Shown: in pieces, positions 43,118 to 53,405 of the stretch
Layout of the letters: every line of letters starts with the position of its first letter
Numbering within the stretch: position 1 is the first letter of the stretch
Source of the DNA: a virus
Taxonomy: Duplodnaviria > Heunggongvirae > Uroviricota > Caudoviricetes
Strand: one strand, 5' to 3'
DNA length: 64,000 nucleotides
Virus record (IMG/VR): IMGVR_UViG_3300033696_000004
Coordinates: 36,031 to 100,030 of that record
The notes under the pieces: model-generated
The model's input: the letters and a program-made list of their open reading frames with translations, nothing else
Database searches by the model: none
Told to the model about the DNA's origin: nothing
Position numbers and translations under genes: made by a program

Positions 43118-44212
43118 ATGTTAATTATGACGAAAGTAGCTAATTTTAAGCTAAGTGATTTATTTGCTTTGCTTGGTGACCTTCACTTAGGAACCAAGCA
43201 TGATGACGAGTGGACAGAACAGAATATTTTAGACTCAATTAAGTGGTTTACTACTGATTGCAAATCTAAAGGTATCAAGTATTGTCTACAAGCTGGTGAC
43301 TGGTTTGACGTTCGTAAGGGCATCAGTCAACGTACAATGGAATTCATGCGTGAAGAAATTGCACCATTATTCCAAGACACGTTTGACATGACTTATGTTA
43401 TCGTTGGTAACCATGACATGCATTACAAACATGAGATTACTCCTAACTCTTGTTATGAAGTGTTATCTCAATTTGATAAGTTTCATGTTATCCAAGAACC
43501 AGAAACAATTGACATCGATGGTGTTAAGATTGACATGATCCCTTGGATTTGTAAATCTAACTCAGAACAAATATTCGATTTCATTATGCAATCTGATAGC
43601 CCTTACTGTATGGGTCACTTTGAACTTAATGGATACTATTTCTACAAAGGCATGAAATCATCTGGGATTGAACCAGATTTCTTGGAGAAATATAAAAATG
43701 TTTGGTCTGGACACTTTCATACTATATCTAATGGTGGTAATGTACAGTATCTGGGAACTCCGTATACCCTCACACTTGGTGACGCAAATGATCCTCGTGG
43801 ATACTGGGTGTACAATACAGATGCAGCAGATATTAAATTTAATCAGAACCCAGTAACGTATCATCACCGTATCTACTTTGATGCGGATACGTGGAAGTTC
43901 AGTGCAAATGATCTCATGAATCTATTTGGTAACAAGACTGTTAAGTTGGTTATCGAGAAGAGTCATTCGGAGATCAAGAAGAAAGTCAACGTAGACCAGA
44001 TCCTAGACGACCTTGAACGTATTTGTTTCGAATTGAAGCATGAATACAAAGAGGAACTTGCTGGTGATGACTCTACCGATCAAGATGACGAAATTAAAAA
44101 CACTTTCGACATCATCAAAGAGCAGATTGAACTACTTGAGGAAACTAAAGAAGTTAAAGATCGTGTTCTGAAGATTTTCAATGGTTTGTATACTGAAGTA
44201 ATGGGTTCATAA
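43118..44212 (+). CDS. 47: recombination exonuclease subunit gp47 (Mre11/SbcD-like)
   Basis: 364 aa. Calcineurin-like phosphoesterase motifs LGDLHLG, GDWFD, GNHD and GHFH. Synteny with gp46. Confidence 0.8.
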   Translation: MLIMTKVANFKLSDLFALLGDLHLGTKHDDEWTEQNILDSIKWFTTDCKSKGIKYCLQAGDWFDVRKGISQRTMEFMREEIAPLFQDTFDMTYVIVGNHDMHYKHEITPNSCYEVLSQFDKFHVIQEPETIDIDGVKIDMIPWICKSNSEQIFDFIMQSDSPYCMGHFELNGYYFYKGMKSSGIEPDFLEKYKNVWSGHFHTISNGGNVQYLGTPYTLTLGDANDPRGYWVYNTDAADIKFNQNPVTYHHRIYFDADTWKFSANDLMNLFGNKTVKLVIEKSHSEIKKKVNVDQILDDLERICFELKHEYKEELAGDDSTDQDDEIKNTFDIIKEQIELLEETKEVKDRVLKIFNGLYTEVMGS

Positions 44213-45906
44213 TGAAATTAACATTTAAACGTCTGACGTACAAAAACATCACATCAGTAGGTGCGAAACCTATTGAGATTGATTTAGCTAATTTTCGCAA
44301 AATCCTTATCACTGGTAAAAACGGTGCTGGTAAGTCTACAATGTTGGAAGCACTATGTTTCGCATTGTTTGGTAAACCATTCCGCAATATTAAGAAAGGT
44401 CAGTTAGTCAACTGCGTAAACAAAAAAGCAATGTTGATTGAATTGTGGTTTAGTGATGGTAAGAACGACTACCACATCAAACGTGGAATCAAACCAAACG
44501 TTTTTGACATTACTCGCAATGGTGAAGAAATTAAAGAAGCTGCAAGCGTAAAAGACTTCCAAACATTCTTTGAAACTGATATCATCAAAATGAACATGGC
44601 ATCATTCAAGCAGACTATCATTCTTGGTACTGCTGGTTATGTACCGTTTATGCAGTTGACAGCTGCTAACCGTCGTGTTTTAATTGAGGACTTGATCAAC
44701 TTATCAATCTATTCTAAAATGGATAAACTGAATAAAGAAGTTGTTAAAGAAATCAAGCAACAAATGGATGCCCTTGAGATTAAATTAACTGGTCTACGTA
44801 ATGAGCATGACGCTCACATGACGCATATCAATAAGCAGAAGCAAATGTCAGAAGGCTTTGTTGCACAGCTTAAAGAAGCGCATAAGAAGCACGTAGACGA
44901 GGCTATGGTTCTACAGAAGGAAATCCTAAAGCTTACACAAGAACTGTCTGAGATTGTCGTAGGGGAAGATTTTACTGCTAAGTTGAATGCTTGCTCTAGT
45001 GCAATGACCCAAATCAATACTCGTATAGATTCAGTTCAACGTAACATTGATTTCTTTAGTGCTAATGATAGCTGCCCTACGTGTAAGCAAGCAATTAGTA
45101 AATCCCATAGTGATGTAGTTGTTCATGGTTTGTCTAACGATAAAACTCTTATGAAAGAAAAGCTTGACATTGCTAAAGGAAAGAGCGATAATTTCACCAT
45201 AACGCAACGTGCGTTCATTGAAGCAGCAAACGAAGTACGTAAGATTCAATCTGAAGTACATAATAGAAAGTTTATGTTGACTAATGAGATTGCTCGTGCT
45301 AAACTAGCCCAGAAGAACATCGATGATGCTCAGACGGAAGTTGAAATTGATACTACTCGTGTCGATGAACTAAACGTAGAAATTAAAGAAAAGCGTGAAG
45401 TCAAGACTGATTTGTTTGAAGAAATGTATGCTCGTAAAATCGTATTAGGTATGCTTAAAGATTCTGGTATTAAAGCTGTCGTTATGAAGCGTTACATTCC
45501 AGTGATCAATAAGAAGATCAATCAATACCTAAAAACATTAGGTGCTGATTATACGTTTACGTTAGACAGTGAGTTTAATGAAATCATTAAATCTCGTGGT
45601 CGTGAAGATTTCTCTTACACATCTTTCTCTCAGGGTGAAAAAGCTCGTATCGATTTATCGTTACTATTCACATGGCGTGACATTGCTACTTTAGTTTCTG
45701 GTACTGAGATCAATCTGTTGATTTTGGATGAAGTGTTCGACTCTGCAACTGATGGTGAAGGTGTTGAAGCTATCCATAGTATCCTTGAGACACTAAAGGG
45801 TAACATCGTTGTTATCTCACACCGTGAAGAACATGATGTAAATCGTTTTAATAAACATGTTAAGATGGTTAAAAAAGGTCGTTTCTCTGTGATGAACGAA
45901 GATTAA
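44212..45906 (+). CDS. 46: recombination ATPase subunit gp46 (Rad50/SbcC-like)
   Basis: 564 aa. N-terminal Walker A GKNGAGKST, a central coiled coil with a CPTC zinc hook, and C-terminal signature/Walker B LILDEVFD. Confidence 0.8.
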   Translation: MKLTFKRLTYKNITSVGAKPIEIDLANFRKILITGKNGAGKSTMLEALCFALFGKPFRNIKKGQLVNCVNKKAMLIELWFSDGKNDYHIKRGIKPNVFDITRNGEEIKEAASVKDFQTFFETDIIKMNMASFKQTIILGTAGYVPFMQLTAANRRVLIEDLINLSIYSKMDKLNKEVVKEIKQQMDALEIKLTGLRNEHDAHMTHINKQKQMSEGFVAQLKEAHKKHVDEAMVLQKEILKLTQELSEIVVGEDFTAKLNACSSAMTQINTRIDSVQRNIDFFSANDSCPTCKQAISKSHSDVVVHGLSNDKTLMKEKLDIAKGKSDNFTITQRAFIEAANEVRKIQSEVHNRKFMLTNEIARAKLAQKNIDDAQTEVEIDTTRVDELNVEIKEKREVKTDLFEEMYARKIVLGMLKDSGIKAVVMKRYIPVINKKINQYLKTLGADYTFTLDSEFNEIIKSRGREDFSYTSFSQGEKARIDLSLLFTWRDIATLVSGTEINLLILDEVFDSATDGEGVEAIHSILETLKGNIVVISHREEHDVNRFNKHVKMVKKGRFSVMNED

Positions 45907-45953
45907 AATTGACAATAGCCTAGGAATAGGCTATTATTTAAAAGGTAACTATT

Positions 45954-46328
45954 ATGTTGTTCAATTCACTTCTTGATCTTAAATTAGTTGAACCTAAACG
46001 TTCTTCTATTTTTGATAATCAAGTTAAAATTCGTAAAGCTTGGGTACATGTTGTAAACGGTACTCCACTTGAAATTCGCTTGCTTTCGTACCCACGTGAA
46101 GTACGTTTCGGAATGTATGCTGCTATTGACAACTGCGTTCGTTTAGAGTACATTCGGTTAATGCGTGAATATAACCAAGAACAGCGTGATTCTGGTCATT
46201 CTACAGACCGCACAATACTAGGTGTTCGTATTTTACATAAATCTGTGCAAATGGATCCACACATGCACTTAGCAAAAGCTGCAATGGATGCAATAGAAAA
46301 GCTTGCACCAACTATTGAAATGTCGTAA
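45954..46328 (+). CDS. hypothetical protein at the rpbA-syntenic position
   Basis: 124 aa ORF between gp46 and gp45, where T4 has rpbA (129 aa). Assignment is by position only. Confidence 0.3.
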   Translation: MLFNSLLDLKLVEPKRSSIFDNQVKIRKAWVHVVNGTPLEIRLLSYPREVRFGMYAAIDNCVRLEYIRLMREYNQEQRDSGHSTDRTILGVRILHKSVQMDPHMHLAKAAMDAIEKLAPTIEMS

Positions 46329-46407
46329 AATAACTGTTTACAAACGTAGTTAGGGATGTATAATAAGGCATCCCAAATAAACCAACATACTGATTTGAAA
46401 AGGTAAA

Positions 46408-47085
46408 ATGATGAAACTTTCTAAAAATACTCTAGCTGTACTTAAAAACTTTGCTGGTATCAACCCATCTATCTACCTTCGTAAAGGTAATGTGATTGCA
46501 ACTAAATCACTTAACAACGTAATCTATGCGGAAGCAAAGATTGAAGACGTAATTGATGCTGATGTTGGTATCTATGATGTATCTGAGTTCTTGTCTATTC
46601 TTGGTCTATTCAATACTGACTTCGAAGTTATTTCAATGCCACAAGATCTGCAAGCCGAGATTAAAGACGTTCGTTCTCGTGTTAAGTACACTTTAGTTGA
46701 TCCATCTGTTATCGTTTGTCCGTCTAAGAGTGTGGATTTCCCACCGCATGACATTCAGTTTGATTTGAAAGAAGAACTTTTCGATAAGCTTACCAAAGCT
46801 GCATCTACACTTGGTCTACCAGACTTAGTAGTTACGAATGTAAATGGTAAGATCGTTATGAAGGCGGTCAATGTTAAAGATCCATCTGCTAATGATTACG
46901 CAATTGAAGTTGCAGATTACGATGGTGCAAATAAGTTTGAGTTCTACCTAGCAGTAGAAAATCTAAAGATGGTTAAGTCTGACTTCAAAGTTAGCATTTC
47001 TAAACTTGGTGCTACTCACTTCGAAAGTGAAAACATCCGTTACATCGTTGCATTAGAAGCGAATACAACTCACGATTTCGCTTAA
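46408..47085 (+). CDS. 45: sliding clamp gp45
   Basis: 225 aa. Aligns along its whole length with T4 gp45 as recalled (MKLSK.T.A.LKNFA.IN....L..G..I.T.....YAEA.I.DVID.DV.IYD..., C-terminal YIVALEA.TTHDFA). Confidence 0.85.
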   Translation: MMKLSKNTLAVLKNFAGINPSIYLRKGNVIATKSLNNVIYAEAKIEDVIDADVGIYDVSEFLSILGLFNTDFEVISMPQDLQAEIKDVRSRVKYTLVDPSVIVCPSKSVDFPPHDIQFDLKEELFDKLTKAASTLGLPDLVVTNVNGKIVMKAVNVKDPSANDYAIEVADYDGANKFEFYLAVENLKMVKSDFKVSISKLGATHFESENIRYIVALEANTTHDFA

Positions 47086-47175
47086 TTAATTATGGTTGGG
47101 GGCTTGCTCCCAACTTTCAAATGAGTTATAATGATAGTTCATTTGAAAGTTCGTAACTACAATGAGGAAAATATA

Positions 47176-48147
47176 ATGATTTCAGTTGACGCTAATCCAA
47201 TGCAATTCCAATGGGAACGCAAATTCGCACCACAAACTTTAGCCGAGTGTATCCTTCCACAAGCTGACCGTGAAATGTTTGAAGGTATCATCAAAGAAGG
47301 TCGTATTCCTAGTATGACATTGGTATCACGCTCTCCTGGTACGGGCAAGACAACAATTGCGAATGTTCTTGTTAATGAAGTTAAAGCCATGATGTATTTT
47401 GTAAATGGTGCTGACTGTAAGATTGACTTTATTCGTAATGAATTAACTCGGTTTGCATCATCTATGGTTAATCCCGAAGAATACCCAGGTGGTAAAGTAA
47501 TCGTAATTGATGAATTTGACCGTAAAGCGTTAGCCGATGCACAGCGTCATATGCGTTCATTCATGGAAGCATTCTCGCATAACTGTACTGTTATCATCAC
47601 TGCAAACAATGCAGATGGTATCATCGAACCGTTATTCTCACGTGCTCCTATTGTCGAGTTTGGTAAAGCTACTGCAACCGACAAGATTAACATGCTAAAG
47701 CAAATGATTGTTCGTTGTCGTGAAATCCTAGAACATGAAGGTATTCCATGCGAAGACCAACGTGTACTTGCGGCTTTAGTTAAGACTAACTTTCCTGACT
47801 TCCGTAAAACTACTAAGCAATTAGACCGTTATTCCAAGCGTGGTCAAATCGATGCTGGTATCTTAACTGATTACGATCAAGCAAGTGACATTGAACAATT
47901 AATTGGAGCATTGAAAACCAAAGATTTTAAGACAATCCGTGGTTTGACTAATCGTTATGTTCACGATTACCCAACGTTTATTACTAAGCTGTATACTACT
48001 CTTTATGACCATGCTCAACCAGCATCAATCCCAAGCGTCATTATGACTATTGGTGAAAATCAGAAGTATTATCAGCAAGTAGCAAATCTGGAAATCCATT
48101 TGAACTACTTACTTATTCAGTTAATGATGGAAACGAATTGGAAGTAA
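47176..48147 (+). CDS. 44: clamp-loader large subunit gp44 (AAA+)
   Basis: 323 aa from the ATG at 47176 (RBS gaggaaaatataATG). Walker A SPGTGKTT, Walker B VIVIDEFDR, SRC-like motif, and C-terminal NLEIHLNYLLIQL as in T4 gp44. Confidence 0.85.
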   Translation: MISVDANPMQFQWERKFAPQTLAECILPQADREMFEGIIKEGRIPSMTLVSRSPGTGKTTIANVLVNEVKAMMYFVNGADCKIDFIRNELTRFASSMVNPEEYPGGKVIVIDEFDRKALADAQRHMRSFMEAFSHNCTVIITANNADGIIEPLFSRAPIVEFGKATATDKINMLKQMIVRCREILEHEGIPCEDQRVLAALVKTNFPDFRKTTKQLDRYSKRGQIDAGILTDYDQASDIEQLIGALKTKDFKTIRGLTNRYVHDYPTFITKLYTTLYDHAQPASIPSVIMTIGENQKYYQQVANLEIHLNYLLIQLMMETNWK

Positions 48148-48151
48148 AATC

Positions 48152-48757
48152 ATGAGTTTAGACTTCTTGTTAGGGGAAGATGATTCCCCTAAGCTCAATG
48201 AGCATCAAATTGCGTGGTTAAGTAAGGACTGGGATAAGACCAAGAAGTTAGCTGACTCGTTTAAAGAGAAATCAGCAAACGAATTCTTCTACATCCTAAA
48301 TCAGATTAACACTCAAAAGAAACGTATTAATCCAGAACACATGGAATCATACAATCAGTATGCAATTAACTCTGCATTAAGTGGACATATTGATTGTTCG
48401 TATCATGCATACGCTATGAACCTTCTAGGTGATGCTGTAAGCGATCAGATGCATTTTGATTACTTACTTCATGCAGTTCGGTCATCTAAGCGTTATGGTG
48501 GTGCTACTTCGATTGTAGACCCTATTGAAAGTATGGTAGATGAAGTATTCGCACGTGCAGTTGGTAAGTATTACCAAGTGAATCTTCAACGTGCCAAAGA
48601 ATACATTGATGAAGATTTCAATCCCGAACAGATTGGTCTTTTGAAAAAAATGTTATGTCCAACCATTGATGAATCGATGGTTAAAGAAGCATGTTCGTAC
48701 GCTAAAAAGTCGGACATCAATTGTGTATTGAAATCAATTGAAGATTGGAACAAATAG
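48152..48757 (+). CDS. 62: clamp-loader small subunit gp62
   Basis: 201 aa ORF immediately after gp44. Size and synteny match T4 gp62. Confidence 0.65.
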   Translation: MSLDFLLGEDDSPKLNEHQIAWLSKDWDKTKKLADSFKEKSANEFFYILNQINTQKKRINPEHMESYNQYAINSALSGHIDCSYHAYAMNLLGDAVSDQMHFDYLLHAVRSSKRYGGATSIVDPIESMVDEVFARAVGKYYQVNLQRAKEYIDEDFNPEQIGLLKKMLCPTIDESMVKEACSYAKKSDINCVLKSIEDWNK

Positions 48758-49131
48758 GTAAAATTATGAAAATGCTTGAAATTACATTAAACAGCGACGA
48801 CGACTTCCTTAAAATTAAAGAAACGTTAACACGTATGGGTATCGCAAACAACCAAGACCACGTCCTGTATCAATCTTGTCACATCCTACAAAAGCAACGC
48901 AAGTATTACATCGTCCACTTTAAAGAGTTATTAAAACTTGATGGGCGTGAAGTGAACATCTCGGAAGAAGACATCACTCGTCGTAATAACATTGCGAACT
49001 GTCTATCACAATGGAACATGTGTACTATCTTAGGTACTCATGAGTTCACCAACGAGAATCACTTCCGTGTGATTCCTCATAAAGATAAATCAAACTGGAC
49101 ACTGGTTCCGAAATACCAGATTGGAAAATAA
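48745..49131 (+). CDS. regA: translational repressor RegA
   Basis: 128 aa. Near-colinear with T4 RegA as recalled: ML/IEITL...DFLKIKETLTRMGIANN.D.VLYQSCHILQK...YYIVHFKE....DGR.V...EED..RRN.IA..L..W.. Confidence 0.85.
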   Translation: MEQIGKIMKMLEITLNSDDDFLKIKETLTRMGIANNQDHVLYQSCHILQKQRKYYIVHFKELLKLDGREVNISEEDITRRNNIANCLSQWNMCTILGTHEFTNENHFRVIPHKDKSNWTLVPKYQIGK

Positions 49132-49202
49132 TTGTATAAGGGAGTGTTGATACACTCCCGTTTTATAGAGTAGTATAATCAAGTTAACTAGAAGAGAATT
49201 TC

Positions 49203-51881
49203 ATGGCATTGTATACCCACGTTGAAGTGATTGGTGATAACATTTGCGAACGTTACATGGAAGACGGGCTTGAAAAGCAACGTCGTGTACCGTATCAACC
49301 TACGTTCTACCATCACACGAATCAACCATCCGAAATTAAAGACATCTATGATAAGTTTGTTGCTCCAAAGACTTTTCAGACTATAGGTGAGTCTCGTGGT
49401 TGGATTAAGCGCATGAAAGACATGAACCAAGAGGTTTGTGGAATGGATGATTACGCTTTACAATACATTCACGAGAACTATAGTGGTGCGTTGTCATACG
49501 ACTTGAATAACATTCGTATTGCGTTTATCGATATCGAAGTCTACTCAACTGATGGATTCCCGTTTCCTGAAATCTGTAAGTGGGAAATTGACGCAATCAC
49601 TCACTACGATTCAGTGGACAATACGTTCTATACATTCAGTACACGTGAATGGTGGCGTGAAAAATCTACATTAGACGAAAGCATTGTTAAGCGTGTTGAA
49701 TACAAAATGTTCAAGACAGAAAAGCAAATGATGTTAGCGTATGTTGCATTCTGGCGTTCAAAGACTCCTACGATTGTAACTGGTTGGAATAGTGAACTAT
49801 TTGATATTCCATACATTGTTAATCGTCTTAAATATCTGTTTGGCGATAGTGCTCCGAATAAGTTATCCCCATGGGGTAAAATTCGTGAACGTACAGTTAA
49901 AGGTCAAGGCGATAAAGAGTACCAAACCTATGAAATCCTTGGGGTTTCTGGCTTGGACTACTTGGCGTTGTACAAAAAGTTTACGTTCAAAACACGTCCT
50001 ACTTACAAACTAGACTTCATTGCATTAGTTGAATTGAAGACTCGTAAGTTAGAATACGAAGGAACGTTATCAACGTTAGCGGTCGATAATCCTCAACGTT
50101 ACGTAGACTATAACATCTACGACGTAGACATTATCTGTCAGTTAGATAAATCATTATTGTTGTTTGAACTGGTAGTATCTCTGAGTTACTATAGTCACAT
50201 GAACTTTGATGCGGTTGTATCTCCATTGCGTACGTGGGATGCGATTATATATAACAGTCTAATCGAACAGAATATTGTTGTTCCTGAGAACAAACAGTCT
50301 TCTAAATCGAAGTACGAAGGTGCATACGTTAAGGAACCATTTGTTGGTTATCACTGGTGGATCATGTCATTCGACTTGACATCACTATACCCACACCTTA
50401 TTATGCAATACAACATTAGCCCAGAAACAATTCGTGGTCGCTTTACTGCTCCACCGATTGAAGAGTTCATCGACAAGCGTCATGAATGGGATAATGAAGG
50501 GTTCTCATGTTGTCCAAATGGCATGATGTACACTAAAGAAAAACGTGGTATCATCCCAACTGAGATTGAAAAGGTATTCTTGCAGCGTAAATCTGCTAAG
50601 ACATCTGAGTTCGCAGCTAACTCGATGTATACGAAAGCTCAGATGATTTTGGATGCTCGTAATAACAGCCATACGAATAACGATGGTGATGCGAAATTCG
50701 ATAAAACAATCCAAATCGAGAAGTTCTTCGATTGGACTGAAGAACAACTTAGTGAGTTAACTGATTCACAACTGAAGTTCTTGATTAAGGTAGCGAAAGC
50801 AAAAGAGAAATCTTATAACGTTGAACAACAAGCACGTAAAGTACTGATCAACTCACTTTATGGCGCATTGGGTAACCAGTGGTTCCGTTATTATGACCTC
50901 CGTAATGCCGAAGCAATCACGACATCTGGTCAATTATCAATTCGTTGGATTGAACGTAAACTGAACGACTACTTTAACGAGATTTGTCGTACTGAGAACT
51001 ACCCGTATTGTGCTTACATAGATACCGACTCAGTTTACCTTCGTGTAAATAAGTTCGTTGACATGATGTGTGACCGTGCTGGTAAGACTCAAGAAGAAGT
51101 TGGCAAGACTAAACTCGTTGACATGCTAGACAAGTTTGCAGTTAATAAGGTTGAGCCATACATTGGTACATGTTACCAAGAACTAGCTGACTACATGAAC
51201 GCTTATGACCAAAAGATGTTTATGGATCGTGAGGTAATTGCCGATACTGGATTCTGGACTGCGAAGAAGCGTTATGCTCTGAACGTATGGGATTCGGAAG
51301 GTAAACGTAAGTATGATGAACATGGTAATCTTCAGCCTAAGTTGAAGATCATGGGTATCGAAACTCAACGTTCATCCACTCCAGTGTTCGTACAAGAAGC
51401 GTTGTATGAAAGCATTCGTATTATCCTACAGGAAGACGAAGAAACCCTACAAGAGTACTTCAAGGGCGTAGAAAGCGATTACAGTAACCGTGACTATCGT
51501 GAGATTGCATCGGTAACCAGTGCGAATAATATCATGAAAGCTGCAACCAGTGATTATTATCCACTCAAAGGATGTCGTGGACCTATCAAGGGCGTACTAG
51601 CATACAACCGTATGGCTGCGAAGGTTGATAACGTCGATTACATTCAAGACGGTTCTAAGGTTGCGCTGTTGACACTTAAAGAACCTAACATGCTTGGTAC
51701 TCAAACGTTCGCATTCCCATCTGGTGAATCCGTACCATCCGAGTTTGATGTTGAAATCGGTAAAATGATTGACTATCGTACAATGATGGCAAAGACGTAC
51801 ACAACCCCACTTGAAACGATCTGTGATGCGATCAAATGGGATTATGAAAAGAAAGCTAATTTAAACTGGCTTTTCGGGTAA
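49203..51881 (+). CDS. 43: DNA polymerase gp43 (family B)
   Basis: 892 aa. Exo I FIDIEV, Exo II YNIYDVD, Pol A DLTSLYPH, Pol C YIDTDS and KKRYA motifs. Size equals T4 gp43. Confidence 0.9.
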   Translation: MALYTHVEVIGDNICERYMEDGLEKQRRVPYQPTFYHHTNQPSEIKDIYDKFVAPKTFQTIGESRGWIKRMKDMNQEVCGMDDYALQYIHENYSGALSYDLNNIRIAFIDIEVYSTDGFPFPEICKWEIDAITHYDSVDNTFYTFSTREWWREKSTLDESIVKRVEYKMFKTEKQMMLAYVAFWRSKTPTIVTGWNSELFDIPYIVNRLKYLFGDSAPNKLSPWGKIRERTVKGQGDKEYQTYEILGVSGLDYLALYKKFTFKTRPTYKLDFIALVELKTRKLEYEGTLSTLAVDNPQRYVDYNIYDVDIICQLDKSLLLFELVVSLSYYSHMNFDAVVSPLRTWDAIIYNSLIEQNIVVPENKQSSKSKYEGAYVKEPFVGYHWWIMSFDLTSLYPHLIMQYNISPETIRGRFTAPPIEEFIDKRHEWDNEGFSCCPNGMMYTKEKRGIIPTEIEKVFLQRKSAKTSEFAANSMYTKAQMILDARNNSHTNNDGDAKFDKTIQIEKFFDWTEEQLSELTDSQLKFLIKVAKAKEKSYNVEQQARKVLINSLYGALGNQWFRYYDLRNAEAITTSGQLSIRWIERKLNDYFNEICRTENYPYCAYIDTDSVYLRVNKFVDMMCDRAGKTQEEVGKTKLVDMLDKFAVNKVEPYIGTCYQELADYMNAYDQKMFMDREVIADTGFWTAKKRYALNVWDSEGKRKYDEHGNLQPKLKIMGIETQRSSTPVFVQEALYESIRIILQEDEETLQEYFKGVESDYSNRDYREIASVTSANNIMKAATSDYYPLKGCRGPIKGVLAYNRMAAKVDNVDYIQDGSKVALLTLKEPNMLGTQTFAFPSGESVPSEFDVEIGKMIDYRTMMAKTYTTPLETICDAIKWDYEKKANLNWLFG

Positions 51882-52010
51882 AAATAGTTTAGGGGAAAGT
51901 TTACTTTCCCCTATTTCGTGTTATTATACATACATCCGAAACGTGATGTGAATTATAAATTATTAATAGAATGAGGAAATTAATCTAATGAAATCATAGG
52001 AATCTAATAA

Positions 52011-53087
52011 ATGAGCGATCTAAAAGAACGTTTGCTGAAATCGTCAGTAAACAAATTAACTGCATCTCTAGACAAATCAAAACTGTTCAACGAGAAAGAC
52101 CAAATCAAAACACGTGTACCAATTATCAACCTTGCATTATCTGGTGCGTTTGATGGTGGTTTAACGTCAGGTCTAACCGTACTTGCTGGTCCTTCTAAGC
52201 ACTTTAAATCTAACCTGTCATTGGTTATGGTTAGTGCGTACATGAAGAAGTACCCCGATGCAATTTGTTTGTTCTTCGACTCTGAATTCGGTACTACTGG
52301 TGATTACCTACGTTCAATGGGCGTAAACCCTGAACGTGTTGTTCATACTCCTATTCAGGACATTGAGCAGCTTAAATTTGATATGGTCAACCAACTAGAA
52401 TCGATTGACCGCAAAGATAAAGTTATCATCTTCATTGACTCAATTGGCAACACAGCTTCAAAGAAAGAATTAGAAGATGCTAAGAACGAGAAATCAGTAA
52501 CTGACATGACTCGTGCTAAACAAGTTAAATCGTTATTCCGTATGATTACACCCTACCTTACGACTAAAGACATTCCTTGTATCGCTGTAGCACATACTTA
52601 CGAAACTCAAGAAATGTTCAGTAAACAAGTTGTGTCTGGTGGTACTGGTATCATGTATTCTGCTGATACTGTTATGATCATCGGTCGTCGTCAAATCAAA
52701 GAAGGTACTGAAATTACAGGTTATGAGTTCGTACTTAACATCGAGAAATCTCGTTATGTTAAAGAAAAGTCAAAGCTTCCATTGTCTGTAACATTCGATG
52801 GTGGTATTAACATGTATTCTGGTTTACTTGACTTAGCGTTAGACTTGGGTTATGCTATTAAACCTAAGAATGGTTGGTATCAACCTTGTTACTTAGATGA
52901 AGAAACTGGTGAACTATCTCCAGATGAATCTAAGTCGTGGAGAGCGAAGGATACAGAATGTCTAACGTTCTGGAAGCCGCTATTCTCACATGAACCATTC
53001 AAGGCAGCGGTAACTCAACGTTACAAGTTGGGTGCTATTGCGTTTGACCAAGAAGCTATGGATGCTGAAGTAGCTGAGTTAATTTAA
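52011..53087 (+). CDS. uvsX: recombinase UvsX (RecA-like)
   Basis: 358 aa. Nearly residue-for-residue similarity to T4 UvsX across the N-terminal 300 aa (MSDLK.RL.K.S..KLTA.L..SK.FNEKD...T..P..N.ALSG...GG..SGL..LAGPSK.FKSN..L.MVS.YM..YPDA.CLF.DSEFG...). Confidence 0.9.
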   Translation: MSDLKERLLKSSVNKLTASLDKSKLFNEKDQIKTRVPIINLALSGAFDGGLTSGLTVLAGPSKHFKSNLSLVMVSAYMKKYPDAICLFFDSEFGTTGDYLRSMGVNPERVVHTPIQDIEQLKFDMVNQLESIDRKDKVIIFIDSIGNTASKKELEDAKNEKSVTDMTRAKQVKSLFRMITPYLTTKDIPCIAVAHTYETQEMFSKQVVSGGTGIMYSADTVMIIGRRQIKEGTEITGYEFVLNIEKSRYVKEKSKLPLSVTFDGGINMYSGLLDLALDLGYAIKPKNGWYQPCYLDEETGELSPDESKSWRAKDTECLTFWKPLFSHEPFKAAVTQRYKLGAIAFDQEAMDAEVAELI

Positions 53088-53123
53088 CATAAGGGGGTTC
53101 GCCCCCTTATTAACGGAGTTTTT

Positions 53124-53405
53124 ATGTCTGATGTCAATCTGGATAAAGTAAAAGATACTTTAAAAAAAGTCGAAAACGAAGTGAAAGCTGTATGGGAAAT
53201 AGACGGTATTTCGGTATACGTTAAGAACATACAGATTAATGATGGTGAGGTTGAAGTCGATTGGTTTACATTCCACCCCGACCCAAATCTTAACAAACTA
53301 GGAAGCAAGGTCGAGAATCTTGCGAAACAATTAATTGGTGATAAAACATGCTCGTCAACTCCATTTTCTCGAATCTTATCTACAATGAAGAATTTTTTCG
53401 TGTAG
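53124..53405 (+). CDS. hypothetical protein (gene 40 / uvsX.1 position)
   Basis: 93 aa ORF between uvsX and gp41. Its 3' end overlaps the gp41 start by 58 nt. Confidence 0.35.
   Translation: MSDVNLDKVKDTLKKVENEVKAVWEIDGISVYVKNIQINDGEVEVDWFTFHPDPNLNKLGSKVENLAKQLIGDKTCSSTPFSRILSTMKNFFV

Noticed and set aside
53097-53117. GC hairpin gggggttcgccccc after uvsX as a terminator
   Set aside because: The hairpin is strong, but it is followed by cttattaacg rather than a T run. It is more likely an mRNA-stabilising stem than an efficient intrinsic terminator.
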